From a virus (Duplodnaviria; Caudoviricetes): DNA of 53,116 nucleotides. The DNA lies in IMG/VR virus record IMGVR_UViG_3300048672_000900, positions 1 through 53,116 of that record. The stretch is one strand, 5' to 3'. This document shows positions 1 to 9,880 of this stretch, in pieces (the first letter of the stretch is position 1; each line of letters begins with the position of its first letter). A program made the position numbers and the translations under genes. The notes under the pieces were generated by a model, which worked only from the letters and a program-made list of their open reading frames with translations, ran no database searches and was not told the DNA's origin.

Positions 1-124
1 GTCTTTGACCTCCCAACCAACGCCTGGGAGACCCCCAGGCCCGATGGCTCCCTGGAGAGCTGGTCGCACCTCTGACCGGCTCTCCCGCACTAGCACCCCG
101 TCGTGAGACGCCATGCTAGTGCAC

Positions 125-162
125 AAAAGCCCCCTCGCCAGGGGCTTTTCTTTTTTCTTTTT
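125..162 (+). terminator. Rho-independent terminator
   Basis: AAAAGCCCC-N7-GGGGCTTTT stem followed by a long T-rich tract. Confidence 0.7.
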
Positions 163-166
163 AAGC

Positions 167-204
167 GGCATAAAAGGCAGGCTCTTAGGCCTGCCCTCTA
201 TGCC
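167..204. repeat. GGCATA/GGCAGG palindromic element (family copy 1), probable bidirectional terminator
   Basis: ggcataaaaggcagg-ctcttagg-cctgccctctatgcc immediately after the tail tube stop; near-identical copies occur elsewhere in the window. Confidence 0.8.
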
Positions 205-213
205 CATCACCCC

Positions 214-1086
214 TTAAACGGCAGCGACGTTCTCAGCCACCAGGTTGGCCATGTTGTCGATGGCGCCACCCACGCCGAAGTTGTCAGCCACTTCAGCGCT
301 CATGTCGCTCAGGAACGCTTGGCGCAGCTGCGGGTTGGCGTTGAGCTTGACCATGCGGTCAAACACACGCTGAGCCAGCATCAGCACGCCTGTGCCTGTC
401 TGGGTCAGGGCCGTCCAGGTGATGCTGATCTCCAGCAGGTCACGTTGACTCGTCGGATCGAACTTGCCGGCGATTTCACCCGTGGTGTCCGGGAACATGT
501 TGGTCACCAGCCAGGCCTTGGCCACCTTGGTGAAAGTGGCATCCGGCTCGAAGAACAGCACGGTAGCCGTCGACATGTCGGCCAGAAAGTCCGTCGGCGG
601 CACGTCAGCGATCGTGGTCACCAGCGGGAACTTGGTTTCCGGGTCCATGCCACCGTAGGTGATCCAGTCATGCAGGAAGTTCTGCAGCGGACGACCCGCC
701 AGGTCGACGTGAGTCGTCGACGGCTGAGTGCGTTCACGCTCGACGTTCACCAGATCGTCGAACTGCTCGCCTGCTTGGCCCACGTTGGTCTGGTCGTGAG
801 AAGCGCGAAGATCCGACTTCAGGCCGTCGATACTCTTGGCGTGAGTCTCGAAGAGGGCCTTCAGAGCGCTGATGTAGTACTCTTTGTCCGGCATGTAGTT
901 GAAAAAGCGCGGCGCTTGCATGACCAGCGCATAGGTGCGGGGACGCGTGTAGTGCGTCATTGACGCCCAGTTGGTAAGGTCGAGGACAGTGCCGTACGCA
1001 CCCCCGAACTGAGGATCAGTCATCGTCGCCAGACGGCCGTACGAAAAACCTTGACCCTTCAGCAGTGTTTCTGCAACATTTGCCAT
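214..1086 (-). CDS. Tail tube protein (phiKZ gp30-like)
   Basis: 290 aa ORF directly downstream of the sheath; G/C-ending codon bias; WITYGGMDPETKFP and LFFEPD..F.KV.KAWL..NMFP motifs typical of phiKZ-like tube proteins. Confidence 0.85.
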   Translation of the reverse strand: MANVAETLLKGQGFSYGRLATMTDPQFGGAYGTVLDLTNWASMTHYTRPRTYALVMQAPRFFNYMPDKEYYISALKALFETHAKSIDGLKSDLRASHDQTNVGQAGEQFDDLVNVERERTQPSTTHVDLAGRPLQNFLHDWITYGGMDPETKFPLVTTIADVPPTDFLADMSTATVLFFEPDATFTKVAKAWLVTNMFPDTTGEIAGKFDPTSQRDLLEISITWTALTQTGTGVLMLAQRVFDRMVKLNANPQLRQAFLSDMSAEVADNFGVGGAIDNMANLVAENVAAV

Positions 1087-1225
1087 GATGAGTGGTTCCT
1101 GTGTGGAAGAATAAAAAGAAAAGATTAAAACAAAAAAGAAGCTTGAGTAAGAGATGAGTTTTTTCTTTTTAGTGTTGACGTCTCTAAAGACTGCAGGGTA
1201 GAAAAAGAAGTCGACTCTAAAAGAA

Positions 1226-1254
1226 AAGGTCAGGAGTGTTTAGCTCCTGACCTT
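1226..1254 (-). terminator. Hairpin terminator between sheath and tube genes
   Basis: Perfect 11-bp stem aaggtcaggag/ctcctgacctt followed on the minus strand by TTCTTTT. Confidence 0.65.
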
Positions 1255-1277
1255 ACTTATCTCTATTAGAAGTTGAT

Positions 1278-3434
1278 TTAGGCCGCAGCTGCCATGCGCC
1301 GAGCACGCACGTCCAGCATCATGACCGTCTTCATGCCGTTGGCTTCCAGGTCGATGCCCAGCGTCCACGAGTAGCCTCGCGCTTGGTCACCCGCCGTGAT
1401 CACTGCGTTCGGCGTGATGCGGAAGAGGTCAGCAAACCGACCCACCGTGTCGTTGTAGACCGCTTGGTTGACGGTTTCCACGAGCACGTTGTCAGTGTAG
1501 CGCACCGAACCCGTGAAACGACGCCACACGCGCTGGCCCACCTTCTGCATCTCGATGGCACCCATCACGACGAAGAAGCTGTTGAGCACGCTGGTGTCGT
1601 TGTCGTAGACACTCTTGAGCGCAGGCCAGAACGCCTGCGTCATTGACCACGACTGAGCCCAGTTCATGCCGATGGCCCAGTTCTTGTTGCGGATCACCGT
1701 CGGCACCGACGTGTTGTTCACGTTGGTGAAGAGGTCGATGATGTTGTTCTCGCCGCTGTCGAACAGCTCCGAGCGCTTCCACACGCCGTTGGCTGCGCCC
1801 ATCATGCGCGCAGCACGATCCGCCAGCTGGATGGTCAGCGGCAGGCGAGTGCGAAGCAGCGAACTCACCATGTCACCAGTCTGGCTGATGATGAAGGCGC
1901 GGCAAGTGCCGGTACCGTAGTAGTCAGACTCCGGGTAAGCCAGCGCAAAGCTGCGCAGCACGGTAGCGACCGAGCGTTCTTGTTCACCGGTTTGTACTGC
2001 GCCGCCAAACTCGGCCGTGGTCAGGAACACGGCCGTATCCTTGCGTTCAGAGATGAACTTGCACAGCGAACGCTTGACGTCCAGCGGGAAGCCCACGTCG
2101 TAGAACGCAGACACCGGGTACAGGACGTCGTCCATGTACTTGTGGGTCGGCACCGAGAAGTTGGCGATATCTGCACTCACCGCAGCGCTGTAGTCACTCC
2201 AGGCCAGCGTACCATCTGCACCACCACCGCCAAAGATGTTGGTGGTTTCACTCAGACGAGTCGCGCCCGTGGCAGCCGAATCGACTTGGTAGGCGTAGTA
2301 GGGCTCGCCTGCCGAGTTGGTGCCTGTAAACAGGTTCATGAACCACTGCTGATCAGCAGCGCCCACGGTGAAGTCCTTGGTTACCGGCAGCGCCACGCCT
2401 GCAGCTGCAGTCGCCGTCACGTAGGCTGCTTCAGCCGTATAGATCTGGCTGAGGACTTGAGCGACGTTGGTGGCGTAGATGTAGACGCCGCCGAAGTCGC
2501 CGTAGTTCAGGTCACCTTGCGACAGATCGGTGTTGACGTACTTCTTGAGGAAGCGCTCATCCAGCGAGTACGGCAGGTTGTAGGTGGTGTAGATGGTGTT
2601 GGGCTTGAGGACGAAGTCGATTGACTTGTCGCCGTCCAGCGTATCGACGGCCACCGGCGTCGACTTGGCGTCAGCACGGCGGCGCACCTGCAGACGGAAC
2701 GGGTAAGCACCCGTGTCCGTCATGGCCTTGAGATCGATCGGGCTGGTGCCGGCGGTCGTCGGAGCCCACAGGCTGATGGCTGAGTTGTTGCCCGCTTCGC
2801 CATAGCTCGATGCCCAGAACTGCAGGATCGGGATACGGGTCGACTGCACCGAGCCGCCGGCGCTGAGGGTGCCGGTCTGGTCGCCAGGCTTGGTCGTGAG
2901 GGTGCCGAACTTGGTTTCATCCACCAGGTTCGTGATACGCTCGACCACCCACTTGGCCTTGTAGCCAGAGAAGGTAGCCACCGCTTGCGCGTCGGCAGCT
3001 TGCGGGTCGCCCAGCTGGTTGTACATGATCGCACCCGTCGTGGCATCACGACGGTACTGCGGCATGCTTTCAACCGGCAGCAGATCGATGTAGAGCGCGA
3101 AGTTGGCACGAGGGCCCACGTCCGCCGGAACGATCCGGGCAATCATCTGAGCGTTGCCCCGAGCCGCCATACGGTTGCTCAGAACCGTAGCCGAGTTGGC
3201 GTACTTGCTGCGTTCGTCAAACGAGACGTCGCCAAAGATGTTGGTGCGGTCTGCACCGCTCACCAGCATAGGCTGCACGTCGCCAGGAGTGCCCGGACCT
3301 TTTTGGGTGTAGAGGTAGATGAGCGGTAGGTGAGTCGGCAGCGCCTGAGCCACAGCAGCTTGCGCCACCGTAGACAGGTCTTGGATGCCGCGCGAGATCA
3401 GCGTCGGCGCAGCATTGACAATGGTCGAGGACAT
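1278..3434 (-). CDS. Contractile tail sheath protein (phiKZ gp29-like)
   Basis: 718 aa; N-terminal NAAP..I.RGIQDLS and PTHLPL motifs, AYPESDYYGT and C-terminal D.ARGYSW motifs; adjacent to the tube gene. Confidence 0.9.
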   Translation of the reverse strand: MSSTIVNAAPTLISRGIQDLSTVAQAAVAQALPTHLPLIYLYTQKGPGTPGDVQPMLVSGADRTNIFGDVSFDERSKYANSATVLSNRMAARGNAQMIARIVPADVGPRANFALYIDLLPVESMPQYRRDATTGAIMYNQLGDPQAADAQAVATFSGYKAKWVVERITNLVDETKFGTLTTKPGDQTGTLSAGGSVQSTRIPILQFWASSYGEAGNNSAISLWAPTTAGTSPIDLKAMTDTGAYPFRLQVRRRADAKSTPVAVDTLDGDKSIDFVLKPNTIYTTYNLPYSLDERFLKKYVNTDLSQGDLNYGDFGGVYIYATNVAQVLSQIYTAEAAYVTATAAAGVALPVTKDFTVGAADQQWFMNLFTGTNSAGEPYYAYQVDSAATGATRLSETTNIFGGGGADGTLAWSDYSAAVSADIANFSVPTHKYMDDVLYPVSAFYDVGFPLDVKRSLCKFISERKDTAVFLTTAEFGGAVQTGEQERSVATVLRSFALAYPESDYYGTGTCRAFIISQTGDMVSSLLRTRLPLTIQLADRAARMMGAANGVWKRSELFDSGENNIIDLFTNVNNTSVPTVIRNKNWAIGMNWAQSWSMTQAFWPALKSVYDNDTSVLNSFFVVMGAIEMQKVGQRVWRRFTGSVRYTDNVLVETVNQAVYNDTVGRFADLFRITPNAVITAGDQARGYSWTLGIDLEANGMKTVMMLDVRARRMAAAA

Positions 3435-3916
3435 GCTTCGATTCCTTTTACAAAAAAGAAAACCAACTTATCTAAACTAAGCAAGTGGTCAGTGATAGAA
3501 AAGAAAAAATATAAAGAAAAAACTTCTACAAGTCTATTGTTGACGCAAAATCGTGTCAACATGAACTAGACGGTCAAAAAAGTTGATTTAGCTCAGACCC
3601 ATTGGCACCTCAGCAGTGCTAGTGTGGTCTGGGCTTAAGGTCTGTGAATGCATACAAATGCACCCTCTATCGTGAGTAGCGACAAGGCTTATCAGGACTA
3701 TAAGTATAACCACTTTGCCTACAGCAACTCCTCTAAACAATGGTTTTTGATAACAATGTTGCTCATCCATAATAGAACCAAAATTTGAGCATACGATTGT
3801 TTCAGTCATCTAGTAGAAGGCTCTTTTTACAAAAAGACGGATGACTCTTCATTTTGTAGCAGCTTGGAAAAAAGAGCTTTTATTTTTCTTCTTACTTCTC
3901 TTTCATTTATGGAGCT

Positions 3917-4903
3917 TTGATTGTGACTGTGTTCCGATCTCCTTACCTCACCACGGCATGTGCTGGGACTCGTACCCAACATACCGTGGCTGCACTGCAA
4001 GACGCTTTGGTGCGCAATACGCTGGGTCGTCAGTTTAACTATCACACCCCCACTCTTCCTGAAGAGATCACGGTGTTTGAAGTGAACGGCGCTCCCCTTC
4101 AAGATAACATCGGGTACTTTAGTCACCCGATCTCAGTCATGCTGCCTAAGCATATTGCCGATGGCGCTAAGATTCAACACGCCTCGTTTTTGGATCTGCG
4201 AAACCTGGGTCGGTACGTGGGCAGCGAATTTCGCATCCAAGACCGAGCCAACTATATCCTGCAGCATCTGCGCACCGTACTGGGTCACATTTTTGAGTTT
4301 GCACAGCCCAGTGCGTTGAAAGACATGGGCTCCTTTCCTGCAACCGTTTTTGGTAAATTTGTGTCGCAACCTTTGGCGCGAAACTTTATGCTGGAGCCCA
4401 GCCAGGAAGTTTATCTGAATGTGATTGCGACTTACTACTACTACTGTCTGTTTGTGGACGAAGTAGAATTGGAAGCTGAAGAGCGTGACAAGGTGGTGGC
4501 TCAAACGGCACGTGCTACGAACGTGCCTGCTGACCGAGTCTACGACATCATGGACGGTGTGGACATGATCCATGACCTGGAAAAACTCGCTGACGTGATC
4601 AAGCTGCGTGTGAACTCCGTTCGCCTTCAGAACTTCACCTATGGCACTATCCTTCAGATGCTCTGTGGCAACTGGATGGGTAACGCCAGTCGTGAGATGG
4701 TTGGCGTGGCGCTGGAACATCCTCCGACTTGGATTGCGCTGATCTATGGCTCTATTGGAGAAGCGTCTTTCAAACGCACACAGCTTGGCAAGATTGTGGA
4801 TACCCAAGCGCGTGTGCGCTCTGAGGTACCTGAAACATTTGTGCGAAACGTCAACACCCTCACGGGCTTTATTGACTATCTGCCTCAACTTGAAAAAGCT
4901 TAA
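3917..4903 (+). CDS. Virion structural protein (phiKZ gp28-like)
   Basis: 328 aa ORF with GGAG RBS, divergent from the sheath; VALEHPPTWIA motif; synteny. Confidence 0.65.
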   Translation: MIVTVFRSPYLTTACAGTRTQHTVAALQDALVRNTLGRQFNYHTPTLPEEITVFEVNGAPLQDNIGYFSHPISVMLPKHIADGAKIQHASFLDLRNLGRYVGSEFRIQDRANYILQHLRTVLGHIFEFAQPSALKDMGSFPATVFGKFVSQPLARNFMLEPSQEVYLNVIATYYYYCLFVDEVELEAEERDKVVAQTARATNVPADRVYDIMDGVDMIHDLEKLADVIKLRVNSVRLQNFTYGTILQMLCGNWMGNASREMVGVALEHPPTWIALIYGSIGEASFKRTQLGKIVDTQARVRSEVPETFVRNVNTLTGFIDYLPQLEKA

Positions 4904-4940
4904 TTTATTCTTCCACTTATCTTAGAGAAAGGCCGCTTTT

Positions 4941-7574
4941 ATGGGCGCACTCGCCAACTACGGTATCGCTAACATTTGGTGTGCACCTACGCAAGATCGT
5001 CCGTACATCTTGCGTCTGGCACGAGTCAGCACCAATGCTGGAATGACCAACACTTGGCAACTGCTCTTTGAAAGCGGGTCGCTGCCGCAACAGGGAAAGA
5101 AGTTTCACCTCTTCCAGGTGGGCCTTCTTTTCCCTGCTATGCTTAATTTGCCGACCCCAGAGCAGGGCCAGTGGATCAAGTTCACTGATCTGTGTAATCA
5201 CAACAAACTCTTTGCTGACTTATATCTAGATACAGGTATTCGGCTTAATCTTTCACAAGCTTATTTTACGGTCACATTTGACCGTAACTTGATCATTGCG
5301 ATTGAACACAATACGAAGTATGGGTGGGTGGTCGATTACCAAGCCACTGAAGTCGATTTAAATCACGCGTTTGTTTACTTACGCGTGTACTCTAATCAGT
5401 ATTACAATTCTAGCCGCTGGGCAGATAAGCAGACTCAGTATGGCGGGCCTATTGCTCAGCCTGTTTATACACAAGGTGTTGTGAATGCTACTCTACAGCA
5501 AATCCTTGATTTGCAGTTAGTGTATCAGCAATACGCCGCTATGCCAGGGCATGTATTTGCCTATAAGAACGGCTACGTCGTGCCCAACATCAGTTTGGTC
5601 ACCTGTGCAGTCGGCGATACGATTGAGATGATTTATGACGCTTCTGTAGAACGCGTTGTTCGGCAAATGCTCACCGACATCCCGATGTTCAACTCGGTTA
5701 TTGACCAAGCAGGCAAGTACATCATCCACACACCTAAACCTAACGACAACCGCATCAACTACCACGATGATGTAGATTTTGCATTCATCAACACGGTCAA
5801 TGGGCTAGGGGTTTATCTCCATAAGAACTTGCGTTATGGCTGCAAGATGCTCACACATTGTGACTACTCGATTCCGGTGAGTACCGTCACCAGTTTGATG
5901 ATGAATAATCAACTCGCTTTTTCTCCAGTGAATGAAGCGATTGAGTATTACATTAGAGCTGCTGGATTTGACCGTAGTCTGGTCAATGAGGGTAGCCGTT
6001 TGAGTCAGCTCTATAAGCTTGACGACAGCGCTATTCTATCAGCGATGACGGGTGTTGATTCAGTCATTCCTGTGTGGTCGGCTGCTCAGCTAGAAACAAG
6101 TGCCTATACGCAGCTCATGTCAACAGACTACAGCGGTGTGAATGACGGCTTGGTTGCAGATGCACTGGGCTATCATGCAGCTGCTAAGCTCTTGGGTGAT
6201 CCCGCTAAAATACTGGGTGTGGGTAATAACTCCAACTTGGTAGACGTGCCTGCTCTCTATAGTCAAGATGATTTCACCGTCTTTGAGTATGATGCTGATG
6301 GTCTTTTGCTGGGTTACTACTATGTGACCAACCATGCATCGATCTATGCTGCGGTGAATGTCAATACGCATCATGTTGACTTTGTCAAGGGCAGCTGCTC
6401 GCAAGCGATTGCAGATAGCTTGAACACGGCCACTGTAGAGATCCCTATTGGGGCTGATTGGCGTGCTTATATCCGTCAGAAATCCACTAACCCGCAAGCT
6501 AACCTGTGGGTAGACGTGACCGCTAATGCAGATAACCGTTATACTCTCAGTAACGGTACACTCACCTGGAATAACGCGACTCGTCTAAGTTACGACACGC
6601 TGGTGAGAAACAACAGCAAGGCGCTTTTGATTGACACGCAGATCCCGTATGACAGCAGTGGTCTGATGGTTATACACCTCACCACGTGGCGAACAGTCAA
6701 CGGCGTGACGGCGCTCTATGATCTGGATATTCCCATGGGGGAACTTGATGTCTGGCTCAATGGACATGCCCTTGTTAAGGGAATCGATTATCAAGTTGAT
6801 TTCCCAGTGGTCTATATTCACAACAAAACATACTACAACGCCGCAGGTAGCCAGCATGTGGTAGTGCGCATGAAAGGCCTTTGCAATACCCAGCTCCAAA
6901 TGACTGAGATTGCAGAAACAGGTTTTGTACAAGGTGGCATGTTGTCAGCCGATCACCGCTTTCAAGTGCGAGACGATAAGGTCACGCAGCTGGTCGTGGC
7001 CGGTGGGCTGCGTTTAGCGTCTGACTTTGCTTACAGCGAGAATAACCCAGCAGCAGAGAATAAGTTTGCTCTGAATGGTCAGTACTACCAAATCAAAGAC
7101 TACGTGGTTCCCCTTAGAGGGGCAACGGGTCAAGACACCTACAGCTACTATGCGCAAGCACGTGCTGTTGAGACTCAAGTCAATAACTACTTGACGACTC
7201 GTCTACCGATGGCCGATGTGGTGCCTGCACCAGCAACCAATCGGCCTATCCTATTCTCGGCGTTTTTCTCCAAGCTGATAGATGACTTGGCAACGGGTGC
7301 TTTTGATGCGACTCGTCTCACGTCTAACTACACCAGCACTCAAATCGAGCAGTGGCTACTGCCCTACAAGTACTTGCTTGACCATGATCCTGTAAAGCTT
7401 TCTCTCAGGCCTGACCTGGACTATATTCAGCTGGATTTGAAAGCAGATCCTGGAGTAGCACAGCTCACCATTTACACGTATCAGTTTTTGCAACGCGTGG
7501 CTGCGCTCATTGCACCTGATATCGCTACGCCTTCTGTCATTGATTCCTACGTGACTTATCCTGCCGTCAATTAA
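4941..7574 (+). CDS. Virion structural/baseplate protein (phiKZ gp27-like)
   Basis: 877 aa; NIWCAPTQDR N-terminal motif, DVWLNGHALVKGIDY; synteny. Confidence 0.7.
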   Translation: MGALANYGIANIWCAPTQDRPYILRLARVSTNAGMTNTWQLLFESGSLPQQGKKFHLFQVGLLFPAMLNLPTPEQGQWIKFTDLCNHNKLFADLYLDTGIRLNLSQAYFTVTFDRNLIIAIEHNTKYGWVVDYQATEVDLNHAFVYLRVYSNQYYNSSRWADKQTQYGGPIAQPVYTQGVVNATLQQILDLQLVYQQYAAMPGHVFAYKNGYVVPNISLVTCAVGDTIEMIYDASVERVVRQMLTDIPMFNSVIDQAGKYIIHTPKPNDNRINYHDDVDFAFINTVNGLGVYLHKNLRYGCKMLTHCDYSIPVSTVTSLMMNNQLAFSPVNEAIEYYIRAAGFDRSLVNEGSRLSQLYKLDDSAILSAMTGVDSVIPVWSAAQLETSAYTQLMSTDYSGVNDGLVADALGYHAAAKLLGDPAKILGVGNNSNLVDVPALYSQDDFTVFEYDADGLLLGYYYVTNHASIYAAVNVNTHHVDFVKGSCSQAIADSLNTATVEIPIGADWRAYIRQKSTNPQANLWVDVTANADNRYTLSNGTLTWNNATRLSYDTLVRNNSKALLIDTQIPYDSSGLMVIHLTTWRTVNGVTALYDLDIPMGELDVWLNGHALVKGIDYQVDFPVVYIHNKTYYNAAGSQHVVVRMKGLCNTQLQMTEIAETGFVQGGMLSADHRFQVRDDKVTQLVVAGGLRLASDFAYSENNPAAENKFALNGQYYQIKDYVVPLRGATGQDTYSYYAQARAVETQVNNYLTTRLPMADVVPAPATNRPILFSAFFSKLIDDLATGAFDATRLTSNYTSTQIEQWLLPYKYLLDHDPVKLSLRPDLDYIQLDLKADPGVAQLTIYTYQFLQRVAALIAPDIATPSVIDSYVTYPAVN

Positions 7575-7580
7575 ACCATC

Positions 7581-9293
7581 ATGCCTAACCTGCAATCACT
7601 AGAAGGAATTGTCGGCACCGACAACGTTCAACCTGTCTTTCAACCCACAAGAGGGTTCAAGATCCTCAAGATGGAAGAGGTCTATTTGGGCCTTTTAGGA
7701 CAAGGTAAAGAAGTTGCTTTGCTAGAAGATTTGGTCGTCACCACCACAGGGGGGCGTATTGACTTCTTTGTGGTCACTGACATCAACTTAGCCACGGGTG
7801 TGCCTACGCTCACCCCTCAAATCAAAGACGGTTATCCAACCTACTTTGAAGCGGTTGATACGCTCATCGCACCTGGCTTCATGCCAGACCTTTACCGACT
7901 CTACGTTGATAAGAGTGTAAACCCTGCCCGCATTGCTGTAGACTCAGCGTGCTTTGTACATGCTGTTAATGCTCGGTCTGCCAAGATCTTTCTTGGTACA
8001 GATATTGGTGAACACGGCACCGTCATCAGTCGCGTGTATGACGCGTCTGGAAACTATTTAACTGATACGCTACCTCTAGAGCTGGCACTCAGGCCTAATG
8101 CGGTCAACTACTCTATCCGCAGCATTCCTACGGCCTACACAAACTACAACTTGCAAGCAGGCGCTCTAGTCACTGCCGCTTTTTATAGCGATACAGGCGT
8201 GCTCATTTCACGTCGGCAACTCAAAGTAGAAGAAAGTACCTTTGTCCACACCAACGCGTCTGATAAACGGTATGTGGTCGGGATTAGTCTGCGTAGTAAC
8301 TTCATGTCAAAGGTCAATCCTAACTTGCTGGAGTTCCCAATGAACTTGACGGTAAGCGGGTTGAACCTTTACGGCGTGGTTCATTACTCAGATGGCTCTA
8401 CAGTAGAGTACCCTGTGAACGGAGTCAAGTTCTCTGTGGATGGTTTGGATGAATATGTTTCCACTGTACCTGGAGAAGTCAATACGTTCATGCTGAGTTA
8501 TAAGCTCAGCAGTGATGAATCCACCTTAGCGACCACTAATGCCACAGGCGATATGGTGGTAGAAACGTTCATGGTGACAACGATGGCACCTAATACTGCT
8601 TTGGGTGTAAAGCTCTACGCTTACCCGCAGTGGAACGCTGCGACAAACGGCTATACACTCAAGGTTTATCTGCTCACATTGTCTCGTCAAACGCATTACG
8701 ACGTGACAGCTTTAGTGTACAACGTCCTTGGCACACCTAGCTTTGATGGCCGTGGATACGGCGCTGTCCAGCATCTACAGCTGGCAGTGAATTTGAAAGA
8801 TGTGGATAGCCTCTGGCCTAATCACATCCATACCCAAACCATCGACATCAAGCTAGAAGGCCCCGGCACACTTCGTACCACCAACTACCTCATCTACAAC
8901 CCGCCTGGACAAACACCTGCTTACGGTGCTGGTGTATTTGTGAAGGCAACCCAAAGCGTCACAGGGCTCACTTGGGACTTAGACTTTTCCATGGGTATCG
9001 CCAATGAGCTGACATGGAAGGCACTTACCTATAACAACAGTCGCCCCCTCTACGCCACCAACGTAGAAGCTGGGCCACTTGAGCCAACTCACCTGCTCAT
9101 TGAAGTAGGCAGCGCCATGATTGAACTCAGTCTCAATGAGATCACCACGCCTGTCAATCTGACCAGCACGGGTGTTGGAAATGCAACTCAGGCCACCGTC
9201 TACTTTACTCGTAAGGTGGGGTCAGCTACGCTTTACTTGAGCGTGATCAGCATGCCTATTTGGCGAGCTGCTCAAGACGGTACTTGGCTGTAA
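7581..9293 (+). CDS. Virion structural/baseplate protein (phiKZ gp26-like)
   Basis: 570 aa beta-rich protein with GVVHYSDGS and KLYAYPQW motifs; synteny next to terminase. Confidence 0.7.
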   Translation: MPNLQSLEGIVGTDNVQPVFQPTRGFKILKMEEVYLGLLGQGKEVALLEDLVVTTTGGRIDFFVVTDINLATGVPTLTPQIKDGYPTYFEAVDTLIAPGFMPDLYRLYVDKSVNPARIAVDSACFVHAVNARSAKIFLGTDIGEHGTVISRVYDASGNYLTDTLPLELALRPNAVNYSIRSIPTAYTNYNLQAGALVTAAFYSDTGVLISRRQLKVEESTFVHTNASDKRYVVGISLRSNFMSKVNPNLLEFPMNLTVSGLNLYGVVHYSDGSTVEYPVNGVKFSVDGLDEYVSTVPGEVNTFMLSYKLSSDESTLATTNATGDMVVETFMVTTMAPNTALGVKLYAYPQWNAATNGYTLKVYLLTLSRQTHYDVTALVYNVLGTPSFDGRGYGAVQHLQLAVNLKDVDSLWPNHIHTQTIDIKLEGPGTLRTTNYLIYNPPGQTPAYGAGVFVKATQSVTGLTWDLDFSMGIANELTWKALTYNNSRPLYATNVEAGPLEPTHLLIEVGSAMIELSLNEITTPVNLTSTGVGNATQATVYFTRKVGSATLYLSVISMPIWRAAQDGTWL

Positions 9294-9299
9294 AAAGTC

Positions 9300-9338
9300 G
9301 GCATAGTGGGCAGGCTTTAATAGCCTGCCTTTTATGCC
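9300..9338. repeat. GGCATA/GGCAGG palindromic element (copy 2), terminator
   Basis: ggcatagtgggcagg-ctttaatag-cctgccttttatgcc followed by a T tract. Confidence 0.8.
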
Positions 9339-9495
9339 TTTTTTGTTTTTAATACAACAGCGAATGGTGTGACTACTCACCTGAGTGTTAGACCCATTGT
9401 GGATTTCAAATCCATCAGGCAGCCATCCCTGATGACCCTTTGAGGTCGGCCTTTTAAGAGTAGTTTATTTTCACGAAAGTAAATGAGGATCACTC

Positions 9496-9822
9496 ATGGC
9501 TAAGGCAGATGTGCGCACGTTTGACCGGGAAGAAGAAGGCCCAATGTCGGGCCTGCGAGCGCTCAAGAAAGAACCAAAACCGCCTGAAAACAATTTGAAA
9601 GTATACACCATCAACCCTAAGCACTATAAACTTTGGGTAACTGAAGCCACGGGTAAACCCTATTGGGTGCTGTGGTCTGGAGACGATATCACGACCTCTG
9701 AGTTTAAAGAAGCTTACCAGCAAGCTCAACGCTATAGTCGTTGCCAGTTGAACGGCTACGACCCGGTGTCTCAGCTGAGTAAGGTGATTCATTTACCGCA
9801 GTCACTACACAAGGCTGCTTAA
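9496..9822 (+). CDS. Hypothetical protein
   Basis: 108 aa ORF with GAGGA RBS and ATG start. Confidence 0.7.
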   Translation: MAKADVRTFDREEEGPMSGLRALKKEPKPPENNLKVYTINPKHYKLWVTEATGKPYWVLWSGDDITTSEFKEAYQQAQRYSRCQLNGYDPVSQLSKVIHLPQSLHKAA

Positions 9823-9833
9823 AGCCATCCAGA

Positions 9834-9875
9834 GCAGCATAAAAGGCAGGCTACTAGGCCTGCCCTCTATGCCGC
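9834..9875. repeat. GGCATA/GGCAGG palindromic element (copy 3), bidirectional terminator
   Basis: gcagcataaaaggcagg-ctactagg-cctgccctctatgccgc between convergent genes. Confidence 0.8.
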
Positions 9876-9880
9876 CTATT

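Noticed and set aside
103-3329. Several long + strand ORFs (103..963, 1980..2624 and others)
   Set aside because: Shadows of the GC3-rich tube and sheath genes
9429-9478. Hammerhead-like CTGATGA...CGAAA
   Set aside because: Stem II is not directly followed by GAAA and no stem I/III with an NUH site could be built
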